Assembly (NCBI GenBank): GCA_905178155.1
Contig: CAJINV010000008.1
Coordinates: forward strand, 2,467,207 to 2,531,206
Length of the DNA: 64,000 nucleotides
From: Amoebophrya sp. A120
Lineage: Eukaryota; Protista; Dinoflagellata
Reading direction: 5' to 3'
Shown here: in pieces, positions 1 through 11,198 of the stretch
Numbering within the stretch: the stretch's first letter is position 1
Layout: each line of letters opens with the position of its first letter
The notes under the pieces: model-generated
Told to the model about the DNA's origin: nothing
What the model saw: the letters and a program-made list of their open reading frames with translations, nothing else
Database searches by the model: none
Position numbers and translations under genes: made by a program

Positions 1-2134
1 TTTCTTGTGAACGAGAATTTCATTTCAGATTTCGAGGGGATCCAAAGGCAAGCAATTGGACGGGAATTGATGTCAACGTCAACCCGGCAATTATAACTGC
101 TGTAGAGCGTTGTACAACTTCGATCACCAGAGGCTAAGGACAAACCTTTGCAAATCAACATATACTGAACCAAAAAGAAAAACCGAAGCGAAGCGAATAA
201 CAAGAAAAAATGAAAATGACTGCTTGCTTAACGTCTCAGCCTTGACAAAAATGAATGTTGGGTTGCAAGATATGATAATAAATACATCGGCATTTCTGCC
301 GTTTTGTAAAGTCAGGCTCTGACTGTTTGTAAAGCGAAATCTGCCGTCTATTGTTTCCACACCACATCAAACCGAAACTCGAAAAAGAGGCAGCACGCGT
401 AGAGACACGAGCTTCACGGGCAAACACAGCATCGCGAGGGGTAAGTTTGTAACATTTCACATGTGATCATCCTAGGTCGAACAACTCGAAGGCCAGCGCT
501 AACAAATTAATACTATATCTGTGTCAATGCGGAAAGACAAACAAGCATGATGAATGAGAATGATCCGAATAATAAAATTGTTGGTAGCTGCTTTCCCTAA
601 TTATTGGAGCTGCCCGTTCCAAAATCATTTTTCCGGTCGGTTTTTTCTTGGAGAGAATCCTGTTGACGTTGACGCAATACACAAACGCAGTCTCATCTCC
701 TCAATTGTCCCGGCGCGTTCTTAACGCTATCCCTGAAATCGCAAAGCTTCCGATGTATATTTAGATTTAGGACCAGGTTCAACTTCAATATCAAAACTTG
801 AACTTGTGCAAAAAATAAACACGCACAAAAAGGTTCTATATGCCGAACAGTTTTAGTCTCTTTTTTAATACAGTGGATGTCCGAGCGAGCCTACAGTCTT
901 CGATTTGTTTTGCCCGTTATCGTTTTTTGTATCCTTGGAAGCTTCGGGGATGGTCCGACAAAGCGGAACTCTCGCGAGTCCGACGCGGGCTGATGTGCTG
1001 GACGGGGATGTGACGTGGATCCAGCGGAAAAATCCGCCTTACAGCGGCTGAAGGTACTCGGCACAAAGAGCTCAGATTTCTTACTCATGCTAGCTGCGCG
1101 TCTGGGCTTCAGCAGCTTCTTAGCCACTTTTCGAAAGTCGAACAAGGTCTTTCCCTGGGCCGCGATTTTCTTGTGGAGCGGATCGGTCGTGGTCTTCTTG
1201 ATGTGGCGCTCGATTCGCATCTGGCGACACGGGTGGTCGACGCGCACGATTTTTGCCATTCTCCACTGCGACAACATCTGATGTATAAATATAGAAAGTA
1301 AAATCCCAAAGGGAAGTTTGAATAGAGCACAGAGCATGTATAGTTCCTTTTCTGTGTAATACACGGAGACGCGGCACTGTAATTCTTGTACTCATTTAAT
1401 AGTGATCGTCACTGCACTTCTCGTTACGGTCATACTCATGACCATCTCCAACTAAATAGTTTTTTGTTTTTACGTTGATCTCCGTGTTGACATCGATATG
1501 ATCATCTGAATATGCTCGACTCTCAGGCTTAGACTGTTCCTGTGCGATTATACTCGTATTGTCCCTCGTCGCATTGGCATTCACTGAAAAGTAATAAATT
1601 CCTTCAAGAGGCATGTGCGTAGTAGCACGTGAATAACTGCTACTTTTATATCTGTATCTTCTAGCAGCAGCTTTTTTGCGGATGCGGAAGTCTGTACATT
1701 ATAATATAGACACCTGAATTATTCCTGCTCTGCGGGCCCGCGTCCGACAGTTTCGCCTCTTAACCCAGACTTTTATTGGCCGTTTCGTGTTCATGTTCAC
1801 GTTGTACTGTCTCAGGATCGCTTTACTGGACCGCGCAAGCTGGCCTACCAGTTTTCCTCGGTCCCACTTGCGTTTCTGCTTCATCGACAACTGGGTAACC
1901 CCTAGCACTCCGGTATTGGACGCCTTTCCACGCCTTCTTGTCATTCCTGGCTGCACTGCTCCATGAACATTCAAAGCAAGCCGTCGAAACACTGTAGTGT
2001 ATTGCTTTAGAGCTGATGAAGGAAGATGGTGGACGTATTGCAAATCGAAAATGGAGTGTGAGTCGATCACTGTAGCCGAGCCGAACTGAGAGGTATATAG
2101 AGATCGTTTGTATCCCTTGACCTATCACTCAGGC

Positions 2135-2834
2135 TCACATGACAGAAAAACCCTGCCGCGGAGGCCTCAAGTCAAAGAGATGCGCGACACTGTCGCGATC
2201 AGTGTACCTCTTCATCTCAACGTCAACTACGAACTCATTTGAAAGCTCTTGTTCTTCTTCTTGCCGAAAGGAATACAATACACTGCGCGTCCTGCAGTGC
2301 TGCTCTCTTTGCATCTCGGCGGGTCGGTGCTGGGAGTCCTTTTTTCGAGGCTGCAGCACGAAGCTTCCGCAACTTTGGTGCGACGAAAAAGTACCTAGTG
2401 CCATTTCGCAAAGAAGCATACTGGTCTTTCGCGCTTCTGCTTCATCAACCAAAGATCGGCGAAGAGATGATCAGCAGCAGCAGCTGTCGACCACTGGGCA
2501 CAAAATTTATATCCGCACCCGTCTACTCACTTATGCAAACACGACAAGAGTGGCAGAATACGAGACGCGCGAAGATCTCGAAAAGTAGACCAATGCGGTA
2601 CCTCTTCATCCTCCGCGTTGTTTTCTTTCCCACTTCCTTGTGCTTAAACTGCACGCGCCAGCAGTCGTACTCCGCTGGATCCGTGGGTGGTACTGGGACT
2701 TTACGCGCGCCGAGCACTCTCTTCTTCATCACGTAGACATTGTCTTGGTCTTCGTAGCTTATCAACCCCCTTCGTGCGTGTTCATCGTCAAGCTTATCCT
2801 TCGAGCTCGCCTTCTCGAGCAAGAACAGCTTCAT
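2135..2834 (-). CDS. Probable exons of a hypothetical protein with weak PARP-catalytic-like motifs
   Basis: ORFs 2523-2834 and 2135-2452. The latter contains LLCEMALG and, about 50 aa later, NEFVV, resembling PARP LLCEVALG and NEY/FxV. No His-Gly motif was seen. These may be the 3' part of the upstream gene. Confidence 0.3.
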
Positions 2835-3712
2835 GTACTTCCAGCCGGGAACGTAAGTGATTCCCTGATTATGTAGGGTAATTATGTATACTTAGTTCCC
2901 GGTTTTATTTTTTTTCTACGAACTTGGCAAACGCAAAATCCAAAAAGGCAAGAAGTGTGGGGACAATCAAAGAACGAAGTAGCTGATCAAACCTGGTGAA
3001 GTACTCCTGACTCAAACTCCTTCAAGTTCTTCAACACATCTACGTACACCAAAGCGCCCAAAATAAGTACCCGCATATCCGGACGGATGTGTGTGCCGCG
3101 AGTGCGAAGGTTCGGGATAGCATGAGGTAGGGGTCGCGGCAGCGGTATGCTGGGCGACCACGCGACATCGCTCTTCGAGGATGGAGACGAGTCATTGCCA
3201 CTGTGACTGTCATTGTCCGCACTGCTGGAGGTCGGAGAATAATCTGGTGATTAGAAAAATTCGTGGACATTGTCCAATCTATTCATGTATGTGTTGTTCT
3301 CATACATATCAACACAAAGAAATACGGCAAAGACATGCTTTGCGATTCTCTGGCTTGAACAGCGCCTTATTTACCGGATGAGCACTCCCTGCTCCGCGCG
3401 TACCGTTTTCCCAAATCCTTCTCGAACGCTCTCCGTAGAGCGCCAAGCGTTGGCGGGAAGGCCACTCCAGATCCGCAACCGATCGTATGGAAGTTGGAAA
3501 ATATCCTACCGCGCTTGCCATCGCGTCGCAACTTGTCAAGTACCAATAGATACCATACTCTGTCTTCTCACTGGGCATTACAACAGCAGCTCAAACAGGA
3601 ATGAGATAGCAGCGATCCTTCCAAATGCATCTTCTATTTTTCCACATGATGCGCGCTGACATAGTTCTCTTGTGGAACACTTGTCTACGCTGGCACAAGC
3701 GAGCGATCACTT

Positions 3713-6700
3713 TCAGTCTGGATATGGTAAGAAGGCTGGTTCGAGCTTGAAAGGCACTGGAAACCAATTGCTACTTGTTGTCGAACAGTGATTTGAGTTC
3801 GAGTCGGCTACATAGACACCGTTCTGCAGTTCTCGACCCCAGTGCTGCTCGTACTCCAATCTCGCCAAAAACTCCTGGTAGACTGACAGTTTATTGGCGT
3901 ATTGCTTGTTCTGTTCACCTCCTTCAGCGCCGCTCTGCAGCTGCATTCTCCTGTACTCGGCGTCCAGAAAGTTCTCAGCAGCCTCCACCTCTTCCACATC
4001 CAAAAAATTGTAGCAGTTCATACCCTGGGGCATCTTTCCGGAATTTCCGAAGCAGGCACGGTGAAGATCGCCATGCACTGCAGTTTTCGCATGCGTGCTC
4101 CTAAAGAATGCACAACAGAGGCAGCAGGAAGCGCCTGTGGTTGCTGCCGGCTTTGCGCGATGAAAACGGTTCTGGTACGAGTCTTCGAAAAATCTGCGAC
4201 AACAGGCACCTGGTGATATGCATTTGCGTTCAAATTTGCGAGTGATGCGCAAGCACAAGGTCTTCTCGTAACCGTCATCAAATCACAAGCACCAACAAAC
4301 CTACGAAAAGTCATCCACCTTGTTTCTTCAGAAACGCGGACAAGAGTCCCTTCGGCACGCCAATCTCTTGATCCGCAGCCGCCGGTGGACCCTCCTCTTT
4401 TCGTTGATGTCCCGGACCGATGACCGTCGGTTTAGGGTGATCAAAAACGGGAAACGTGGAAATTTCTAGAGCAGTGGGAAACGAAACGTCCACGACACAC
4501 GCGCAGCTGTCCGCTATCACGCTGTCCTCGCCCTTTATTGACCACGTCCACGTCATTGTGACAAGATGAGCGGGCGACACGGACCCGGCCCGCGCATTGC
4601 AGCGGCCTTCTAGATTATCAAGGACGAGACAAACCAACTTATCCAAAAACGCTAATAGTCTACTGATACATAGATTGATATATACAGCTTTTAGGAGCCT
4701 GCATGGCTTTCTTTCGGTCGCCTGCGCCGAAAAAGGAAGTGTTGTCCTCGGCGGGGCCGTTCAACTCTCGGCGCCGGCGCTGACCTTTTTTGTGCTCGTC
4801 TGAATCATGCTTGTTCTAGTGATTTTGCAACTTCTTGGACGAGAGGCCCTGTCTCTTTGGATACAGCGTTTTCGTGCCGAGTGGCCCACAAATTCCCCAC
4901 TGCACCAGGTCCACTCCGGCTACTTCATCGCGTCCGGTTTGCGTTGCGCCGAGCGTAAAAACCGGCTTGCCAGTGGCAAGATCCGATTTGTACATCGGGT
5001 AGATCAGGCCCCCGAGCTGCGTCACGGTATGCGTCAGGAAATACCATCCGCTCACCTCCGGATAGTTTTCGCTTTTCAGCAAGACCTTGGCGGGTGGGTG
5101 GGTCGTGTCTTGGATGCAGGATTCGAGCCGCTGATCGGCTTGTTGTTCTTGGGCCTTATCTGCTACCGTGGAAAAGTTGCGGGCTCTTGGCTCAGCCATG
5201 TTGCTCAGCTGACGGCAAGGTATGATCTTTCTCCCTTCTAGTACCTTCGCTGGAAGAAAAGCTAAAACGCCATGATCGCTGCTGGTATCCTCGTGCTCGG
5301 TTTCCAGTGGACGTTCACGCTTAGCTGCGGTCGCGCAGGAGGGAAGCGACGAATCTGATTGCTTTTTTTTGCTTTTCTTGTCACCAACCAAATGCCCGCC
5401 TCCGTTGTGTTGTGTTTCGGATGTCGGTTTGTTTGCAGACCGATTGACGGGAACGGGTGCAACCTCCCGCTTCACTTGTTGCAGTGGATGACCCAAAAAG
5501 CCGATACGTTCTGACTGCGTTTTAGTGCAAGGCGAGTGCTGCTCGTTCTTGATCCGCAGTGTTCGCGTTCCTGCCTCCTCGCGAGAGTTTTGAAAGATGA
5601 GATCTTGCTTGACCCGAAAACGGGGTAATTCCGGCGACGTTGGTGAAGTGGGCTCTTTCTTAATGCGCACAGGATCGCGCTTGCTCGTGCATTCAGGCTC
5701 GCAGTTGACTCGGCTGCGGCGACGATCAGCGGCCCCGGGTGAGGTGGGCTCGCACTTGATTCGGGTCGTGGGAGCGCAGTTCTCTCGCTCTGTGGCCGAA
5801 CTCGTGGTGATCAGCTCTGGGTCCCGCTTGATGGATCTTTCACTCGTCACGTTTTCAGGAGGAGGCACTTCTGCCTTGAATTGAACATCGGGAGAACCAG
5901 AAGACTCAGCTTTCAACAAACCGGATTCGCCTACGATGGGTGACACGGACGACGTTCCCTCTTGCTTGATGCTGGTTTTTCCGCTTTTGTCAAAATCAGG
6001 AACAAAAGACGCTGCTGAATGATGCTGGCTGGACCCGGCCTGCCTGGACAGGGACGCCGATGCGTCCTCACATGCGTCGTCACCAGGATTTTGCTTCTGC
6101 TCTCTCTTGATCCTGGAACGGCCGTCGACTAGTTGTGGCGATTCCGGCTTTTGTTGTTCCTTTACCTGTGAAACACCTGCTCCCGCTGCTGGTTCCGGTT
6201 CGGCAGCGCAGACAACTTGTGCGTTGTTGTGATGCTTGCTTCTCGTGCGTGTAGTCGTGATTTCCGAATGCGAATCCAGATGCTGTTCGAGCATCGCCAA
6301 ACGAGCTGCGCGTTGCATTTCCAACCGTTCTGCTCCTTTTTCGCCCAGCACACGCATGGCGTAGCCGCTCTCGAGCAGAGTCCTTGCACTAGAGCTTGTC
6401 CACTGATTCCCATTCGCGTTATCCGCAGCAGCTTTACTGTTTCTGGCGCTGCCCTGCTCTGCATCTCGAATTCGTCGTAGCAACCACACCAAGACGGCCC
6501 GCTCCTTGAAATAGGTATATAGGCTCTCGGAAATTCATGTGAGAGTCCATTTCTGAAAATTTAAAATTCGCAAACTTCGAAACCCTCTGCGAATCTTATA
6601 ACACGCGCCCAAAACCCGGCCCCGGCGAACCCCATTCAGCTTCCAAAGTCAACAAGGCCCCGAAAAGGGGGCTTCGAGAACTCTGAAAGATACGCGCCGT

Positions 6701-9700
6701 TTTTCTTCCAGAACTCTGGAGCTTCTCTTTTGTGGACTTCGAACAAGCCGGCCCTCGATCCGGAGCCGCTTGATCCCCGAACGCCGAGGTTGGCTCCATT
6801 GCCTAGTCCATGAGGTGCCCACCACGGCTTTGAGGTTCCGAAGCCAACAAATTCGACACACATGAATTTCTCAGGCTCTGAAAGAAAAACGGCGTCTTTC
6901 TTTCAGAGCCTGAGAAATTCATGTGTGTAAATGTTGAGCCAATCCCCTTCCATCAAAAGGGCGGCTGGTCGCCGGCCGTCTGGGCTGGCTTGATTGCCAG
7001 CTCCGGATCACGGCGGCCAAAGGTTCAATCTTTTCAAGTAATCAAATCTGACACACATGAATTTCTCAGGCTCTAAAAGAAAAACGGCGTTTTTCTTCTA
7101 GAGCATGAGAAATTCATGTGTGTAAATGTTGAGCCAATCCCCTTCCATCAAAAGGGCGGCTGGTCGCCGGCCGTCTGGGCTGGCTTGATTGCCAGCTCCG
7201 GATCACGGCGGCCAAAGGTTCAACTTTTTCAACAAATCGAATTTGACACACATGAATTTCTCAGGCTTTAAAAGAAAAACGGCGTTTTTCTTCTACAGCC
7301 TGAGAAATTCATGTGTGTAAATGTTGAACCAATCCGCTTTCGCCAACAAGGCGGTTGGTCGCCGACCGTCGGGGCTGGCTTGATTGCCAGCTCCGGATCA
7401 CGGCGGCCAAAGGTTGAACTTTTTGAAGAAATCGAATTTGACACACATGAATTTCTCAGGCTCTAAAAGAAAAACGCCGCTTTTCTTTTAGAGCCTGAGA
7501 AATTCAAGTGTGTAAATGCCTTTCGCCGGCCCCCGGCTGGTGAAAATCCCCATTGGTAACTGAAACATTTTTCAGCTACCAATGGGGATTTTCACCACTC
7601 GGTGAGTGGCGAAAGCGCTTTCGCCACTCACCGAGTGGCGAAAATCCCCATTGGTAACTGAAAAGCTTTTCAGTTACCAATGAGGATTTTCACCTCTAGG
7701 TGAGAGGCGACAGCGCTTTCGCCTCTCACCTAGAGGTGAAAATGCCCATTGTAAACTGAAAATCTATTCGCCACTGACGAAGGCGACTCCTCCTGGTGGA
7801 AATTAATTCAAGTGTGAAAATTTGTTGGGGCTGTTATTGGTCTCGAAAAACGAGTCGCTTTCAGCACTCTTTTTTTTGCTACCCCCGATGGGTAACAATT
7901 CAAGTGTGAAAATTTAAAAGAGTCACTGGAACGACTCACTGCAATGACTCTTTCAATAGAGTCTCAACTATTTCTCTTCATAATTAAATTTACGCACTTG
8001 AATTTACTGTCTTTTAAATTTACGCACTTGAATTTGTTGCCAATGGCAATAAATTCAAGTGCGTAAATTTAAAAGACTCCTTCGAAGGAGTCCTTGCAAG
8101 GAGTCCCTGCCTGGACTCATTGCAAGGTGTAGCCGGAAGAGTCGAACGCAAATCCAAAACGAAAACGATTCATCCCCAACAATTTGCACTAGCGCCAGCA
8201 GATGTCCCAACTACCTCCTCCCCCAACCCCCGCTACCTCCCCTGGGGCCCGAGCCTTCTCCTTCCCAACCCGGACCACCTCCTCTACAAGTTCAGCCGCC
8301 TACTCCCGGAGCCAGGTCTTCTCCTGTGGGCCCCGGCCCCCTTCACGCGGAACCCAGACCACTTCTTCCACAGCCCAAGCGCCCTCATCCGGAGCCTGGA
8401 CCCCCTCCTTCCAAACCTCCGCCACATTCTTCGGAACCCAGGCGCCCCTCGTCCCAACCCGGAAACGGCCCCGGCCCTCCCGCTGCTTTCTTCTAAATGG
8501 CCAGACCCGAGGCGCTTCAGCTTTGAAGGCAAAGCCCATCGCCCCCTTCTGAGCTGAGGCCGCTCAACCCTTGCAGACCTACCTGCCCCAGAGGCCGAAG
8601 CGGGAGGAGCCTGCCTATGCTGGCATCCACGTGGGGCCGTGTCATTTGTCTCGCCTCGAGCCACCTCGCAGTCGGGGGCGGGTTTTACAAAAATGGCCGG
8701 AGTTGAGGCGCTTCACTTCACGAAGGGCAACCAGCTTGCCGAACCACGGCGAAGGCGCTCAGCTTTGTTGGCTTTGCTTGTCCACGGCCCGAAACCTCTT
8801 GCGCCCTGGCCTATGCGAAGCCGGGCGCGGACCTAATGCCCTTCCTTTTCCGAGCTGGCCCTAGCGTGGCGCCACATCGACGACGACTTAAAACACCCCA
8901 CAAGAGAATGCCTGGAGGGCGCCGGAAGGAGGGCTCGGGCAGCCACCTTCCGGCAAAGCCTTGCAGCTACACACCGCGAGGGGACCACAGAGCGCACCCC
9001 CTGAAAACCGGAGCCGGGCCCCTCACTATTCAGAACATGCCCTAAAGTGGTTCGCAACGCACTCCACTCAGCTGGTTTCTTAGCCACAATCTTCATAGTG
9101 CCAGTGCCGATCGTGAATGCTTGCCGTCTGTAGAGGTGTCGCTCTGCCACTCAGAGGGGCGAACTACAGACGCTCCCGGCGGCCAGAACCCCTATGCCCT
9201 GCCCCCAAATCGCGGCCCCCGATGGCCGACAAAACCGCCGAAAACCGAAAACACGCAGAGCCACCAAACTGAGCCGAAACACCTAAGACCGAGAAACACA
9301 AGCCGGCGACCAGTGCAACTGCTCCAGTTTTTTCTTCGGGCAAAGGCCCCAACGTGGGCGGCAGGCCTGTGCCCGGGCGACGACCACAACAGAGCAGGAT
9401 GCCAGGAGTGAGGTCATAACCCAGAGGGCCGAAGCGCTTAACGTGCGAAATAAAAAGCGCGGCGCCGGCGCTGCCGTCGCTACTTCTTGCAGAACTGTAG
9501 CGGTTCGACTCTGGCAGCAGCTCCGTGGCTGGGCAACTTGCACAAGCAAAGGAGGCGCGCAATGTTTTGCCATTGGCGCTATTCGAAAACTGCGAAATTT
9601 AAATTTTCGAACATGGTACTAGACATGAATTTCTCTGAGCCCATAAGGTAAAAATCTCGTTAAACAAGATATCCTCGCGCGATAGTTCGCTCTCCCCTGA

Positions 9701-9832
9701 ATTTGTACGGGAGGCCGCAGCAAGTAGGTCTCGTTCTCGATCGAAGTAGTTGCGTATCTCGGAAAAACTTCTGCACAACCATGGCGATTCTGGCTGGTTG
9801 TGTGCTGTTATTTCATGAAAAAGAAGCAACAT
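3713..9832 (-). CDS. Multi-exon hypothetical protein interrupted by a 3.1-kb and a 224-bp TAT..ATA insert; both gene ends uncertain
   Basis: ORFs 9599-9832, 4816-6492, 4311-4646 and 3713-4258 join in frame: ...NEIFT|YFKERAVLVWLL... across 6513-9645, ...TKTL|VCLVLDN... across 4635-4863, and ...KKQG|ACCRR... across a GT-AG intron at about 4210-4317. Confidence 0.65.
4640..4863. mobile_element. Degenerate 224-bp TAT..ATA inverted-repeat intron
   Basis: Both ends read TATCCAAA inward. The flanks CAACT/CAGCG match at 3 of 5. Removal joins two ORFs in frame. Confidence 0.6.
6855..7513. repeat. 195-bp tandem repeat, each unit carrying a 73-bp hairpin
   Basis: GACACACATGAATTTCTCAGG starts at 6855, 7050, 7245 and 7440. 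Hairpins lie at 6856-6928, 7051-7123, 7246-7318 and 7441-7513. A degenerate further unit lies at about 6660-6855. Confidence 0.95.
7519..7765. repeat. Chain of overlapping palindromes (49-bp unit alternating with its reverse complement)
   Basis: Symmetry centres fall at 7567/8, 7616/7 (AAAGC|GCTTT), 7665/6 (AAAAG|CTTTT) and 7714/5, exactly 49 bp apart. Confidence 0.92.
8200..8490. repeat. Degenerate C-rich ~21-nt minisatellite inside the 3.1-kb element
   Basis: Units such as CCCGGACCACCTCCTCTACAA, CCCAGACCACTTCTTCCACAG and CCTGGACCCCCTCCTTCCAAA recur and translate as PGPPPxx heptads. Confidence 0.55.
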
Positions 9833-10370
9833 TTGTTGTTGTTTTCAAAAAAATTGCGCATCGGTATCGTAGGTGGGAATGTTTTTCATGCTCGTAGATG
9901 GGCTCCAAGAAATTCACACATCATTATTTACGGTTCGAGTGTTCGGTTTATTCTCGTACAACGCCATGATCAACGATCAAAAAAAAATCCTCTCAAAAAC
10001 AAAAAGCAAAACACACGAAAGTGATAATTACCGGTACCGGATGGATTGCAGACGTTCGCAAATGTCTGTGTCGCACTGTGACTGCCTCTGTACCATTTCA
10101 ACGATTTCAGCAATCCCTTATGGGACCTGTGCGGCTTGTGAAGTTTCGCGACAAATTTAGGAGGCAAAAGGTGGGTTTCTAGATCAATGTCTTGACTCAC
10201 TTATTCCTGTGCAGTTGTTTTCTTTCCGTCGGCTTGTTCTTTTTACGCCTCGAAGCCATGCACGCTGAATTCAACGATCTACACTTACAAAAAAAGGTCT
10301 CGAGGCCATATAAGGCAGTGCAAATGGAAATGCTATCGATCCACGTCCAACCTTGAATGGGCGCATAAAA

Positions 10371-11198
10371 CTACACATAGTTCCTGCCATTTTCATTCCG
10401 ATTATCTAATGGCAGCAACTGTCGCGAGGAAAGAAACTTCTTGACGCGGCATACTACTTCGATGAGCTCGATGCAGCGAACGTCATCCGGAATGTCATTG
10501 CTTGTCGGTGCTGGCACATTCGCCGGCAGCACGAGATCTTCCGCCGAGACAGCCGCGCGTGACATCGTTTTTGCGGTGCGTTGGCCGCAAGCAGCAGATG
10601 ACTTCAACCCGTCCTCGATCGTCCACAGCGGTGGCTTTTCGCCGCTTGGTGTTGGTGCTTGTGCTGAGAAGGCCGAAGAAAAAAACGTCAATGGTTCTGC
10701 CGCGTTTTCACGGGTGTGGCAATGGGCAGGGACTTGCAGGGGGCGCCTACTCGTCGACGAAGAGGAAGATGAAGACGACGCCGATGATGATGCGGAAGCC
10801 CTGCAATTCTGCAGCTGTAGCTGGTACTTTTCTGCCTTCGCGGCTAGTTCTCGCCGCTCGTGATTGTGTTGGGCATGGAGATGGTTCCGCAGTACTTTGG
10901 CCTTTTCCGCAAATTCCGGCACAGCGAGCGGCGCTGCGTGTCGCGAATCGATGGCGACGAGGCCTCCACATGTTCCACCCCCCCGCTTTTCCTGGTACTC
11001 CGTTCTGGCAGGATTCATCCTAGCCCAGTTTTTTTTTCCGCCCTTGCCCACGGCCCACTCGTAGCCATACCAAGGGTGTCTGGTATTCTTTAGAACACCG
11101 ACGTCGACCCACTTGTTCGGGGGAAAAGGGCGCACGACGTTCTTGTTTGAGGGCGTAGGTGGCCCAGAGGGGCCAGCGTTCCTCATGATCTCCGCCAT
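10371..11198 (-). CDS. Hypothetical protein (275-aa ORF, possibly one exon of a larger gene)
   Basis: ATG-initiated long ORF with coding-like composition, a Trp-rich N-terminal segment (KWVDVG...PWYGYEWAVG...NWARM) and a poly-Ser tract. No family recognised. Confidence 0.5.
   Translation of the reverse strand: MAEIMRNAGPSGPPTPSNKNVVRPFPPNKWVDVGVLKNTRHPWYGYEWAVGKGGKKNWARMNPARTEYQEKRGGGTCGGLVAIDSRHAAPLAVPEFAEKAKVLRNHLHAQHNHERRELAAKAEKYQLQLQNCRASASSSASSSSSSSSTSRRPLQVPAHCHTRENAAEPLTFFSSAFSAQAPTPSGEKPPLWTIEDGLKSSAACGQRTAKTMSRAAVSAEDLVLPANVPAPTSNDIPDDVRCIELIEVVCRVKKFLSSRQLLPLDNRNENGRNYV

Larger units (their letters stand above)
6518..9645. mobile_element. 3,128-bp foldback-like TIR element with 5-bp TSD, sitting as an intron
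   Basis: AGGTA occurs at 6513-6517 and 9646-9650. The termini are TATAGGCTC...GAGCCCATA, with about 63-bp imperfect TIRs (46/63 matches by hand alignment). The interior holds palindrome arrays, and removal restores the host frame. Confidence 0.88.

Noticed and set aside
1850-1935. AP2-like motif SNTGVLGV...KW
   Set aside because: The resemblance is short and the rest of the AP2 pattern is not evident.
6855-7765. CRISPR-like array (palindromic repeats at regular spacing)
   Set aside because: The intervening sequences are near-identical rather than unique spacers, the repeats are 73 bp, there are no cas genes, and the context is eukaryotic.
8059-9573. Transposase or other protein encoded within the 3.1-kb element
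   Set aside because: The ORFs are short (at most 145 aa), overlapping and Pro-rich from a C-rich minisatellite. No DDE, HUH or recombinase motif was seen. A spliced or decayed gene cannot be fully excluded.
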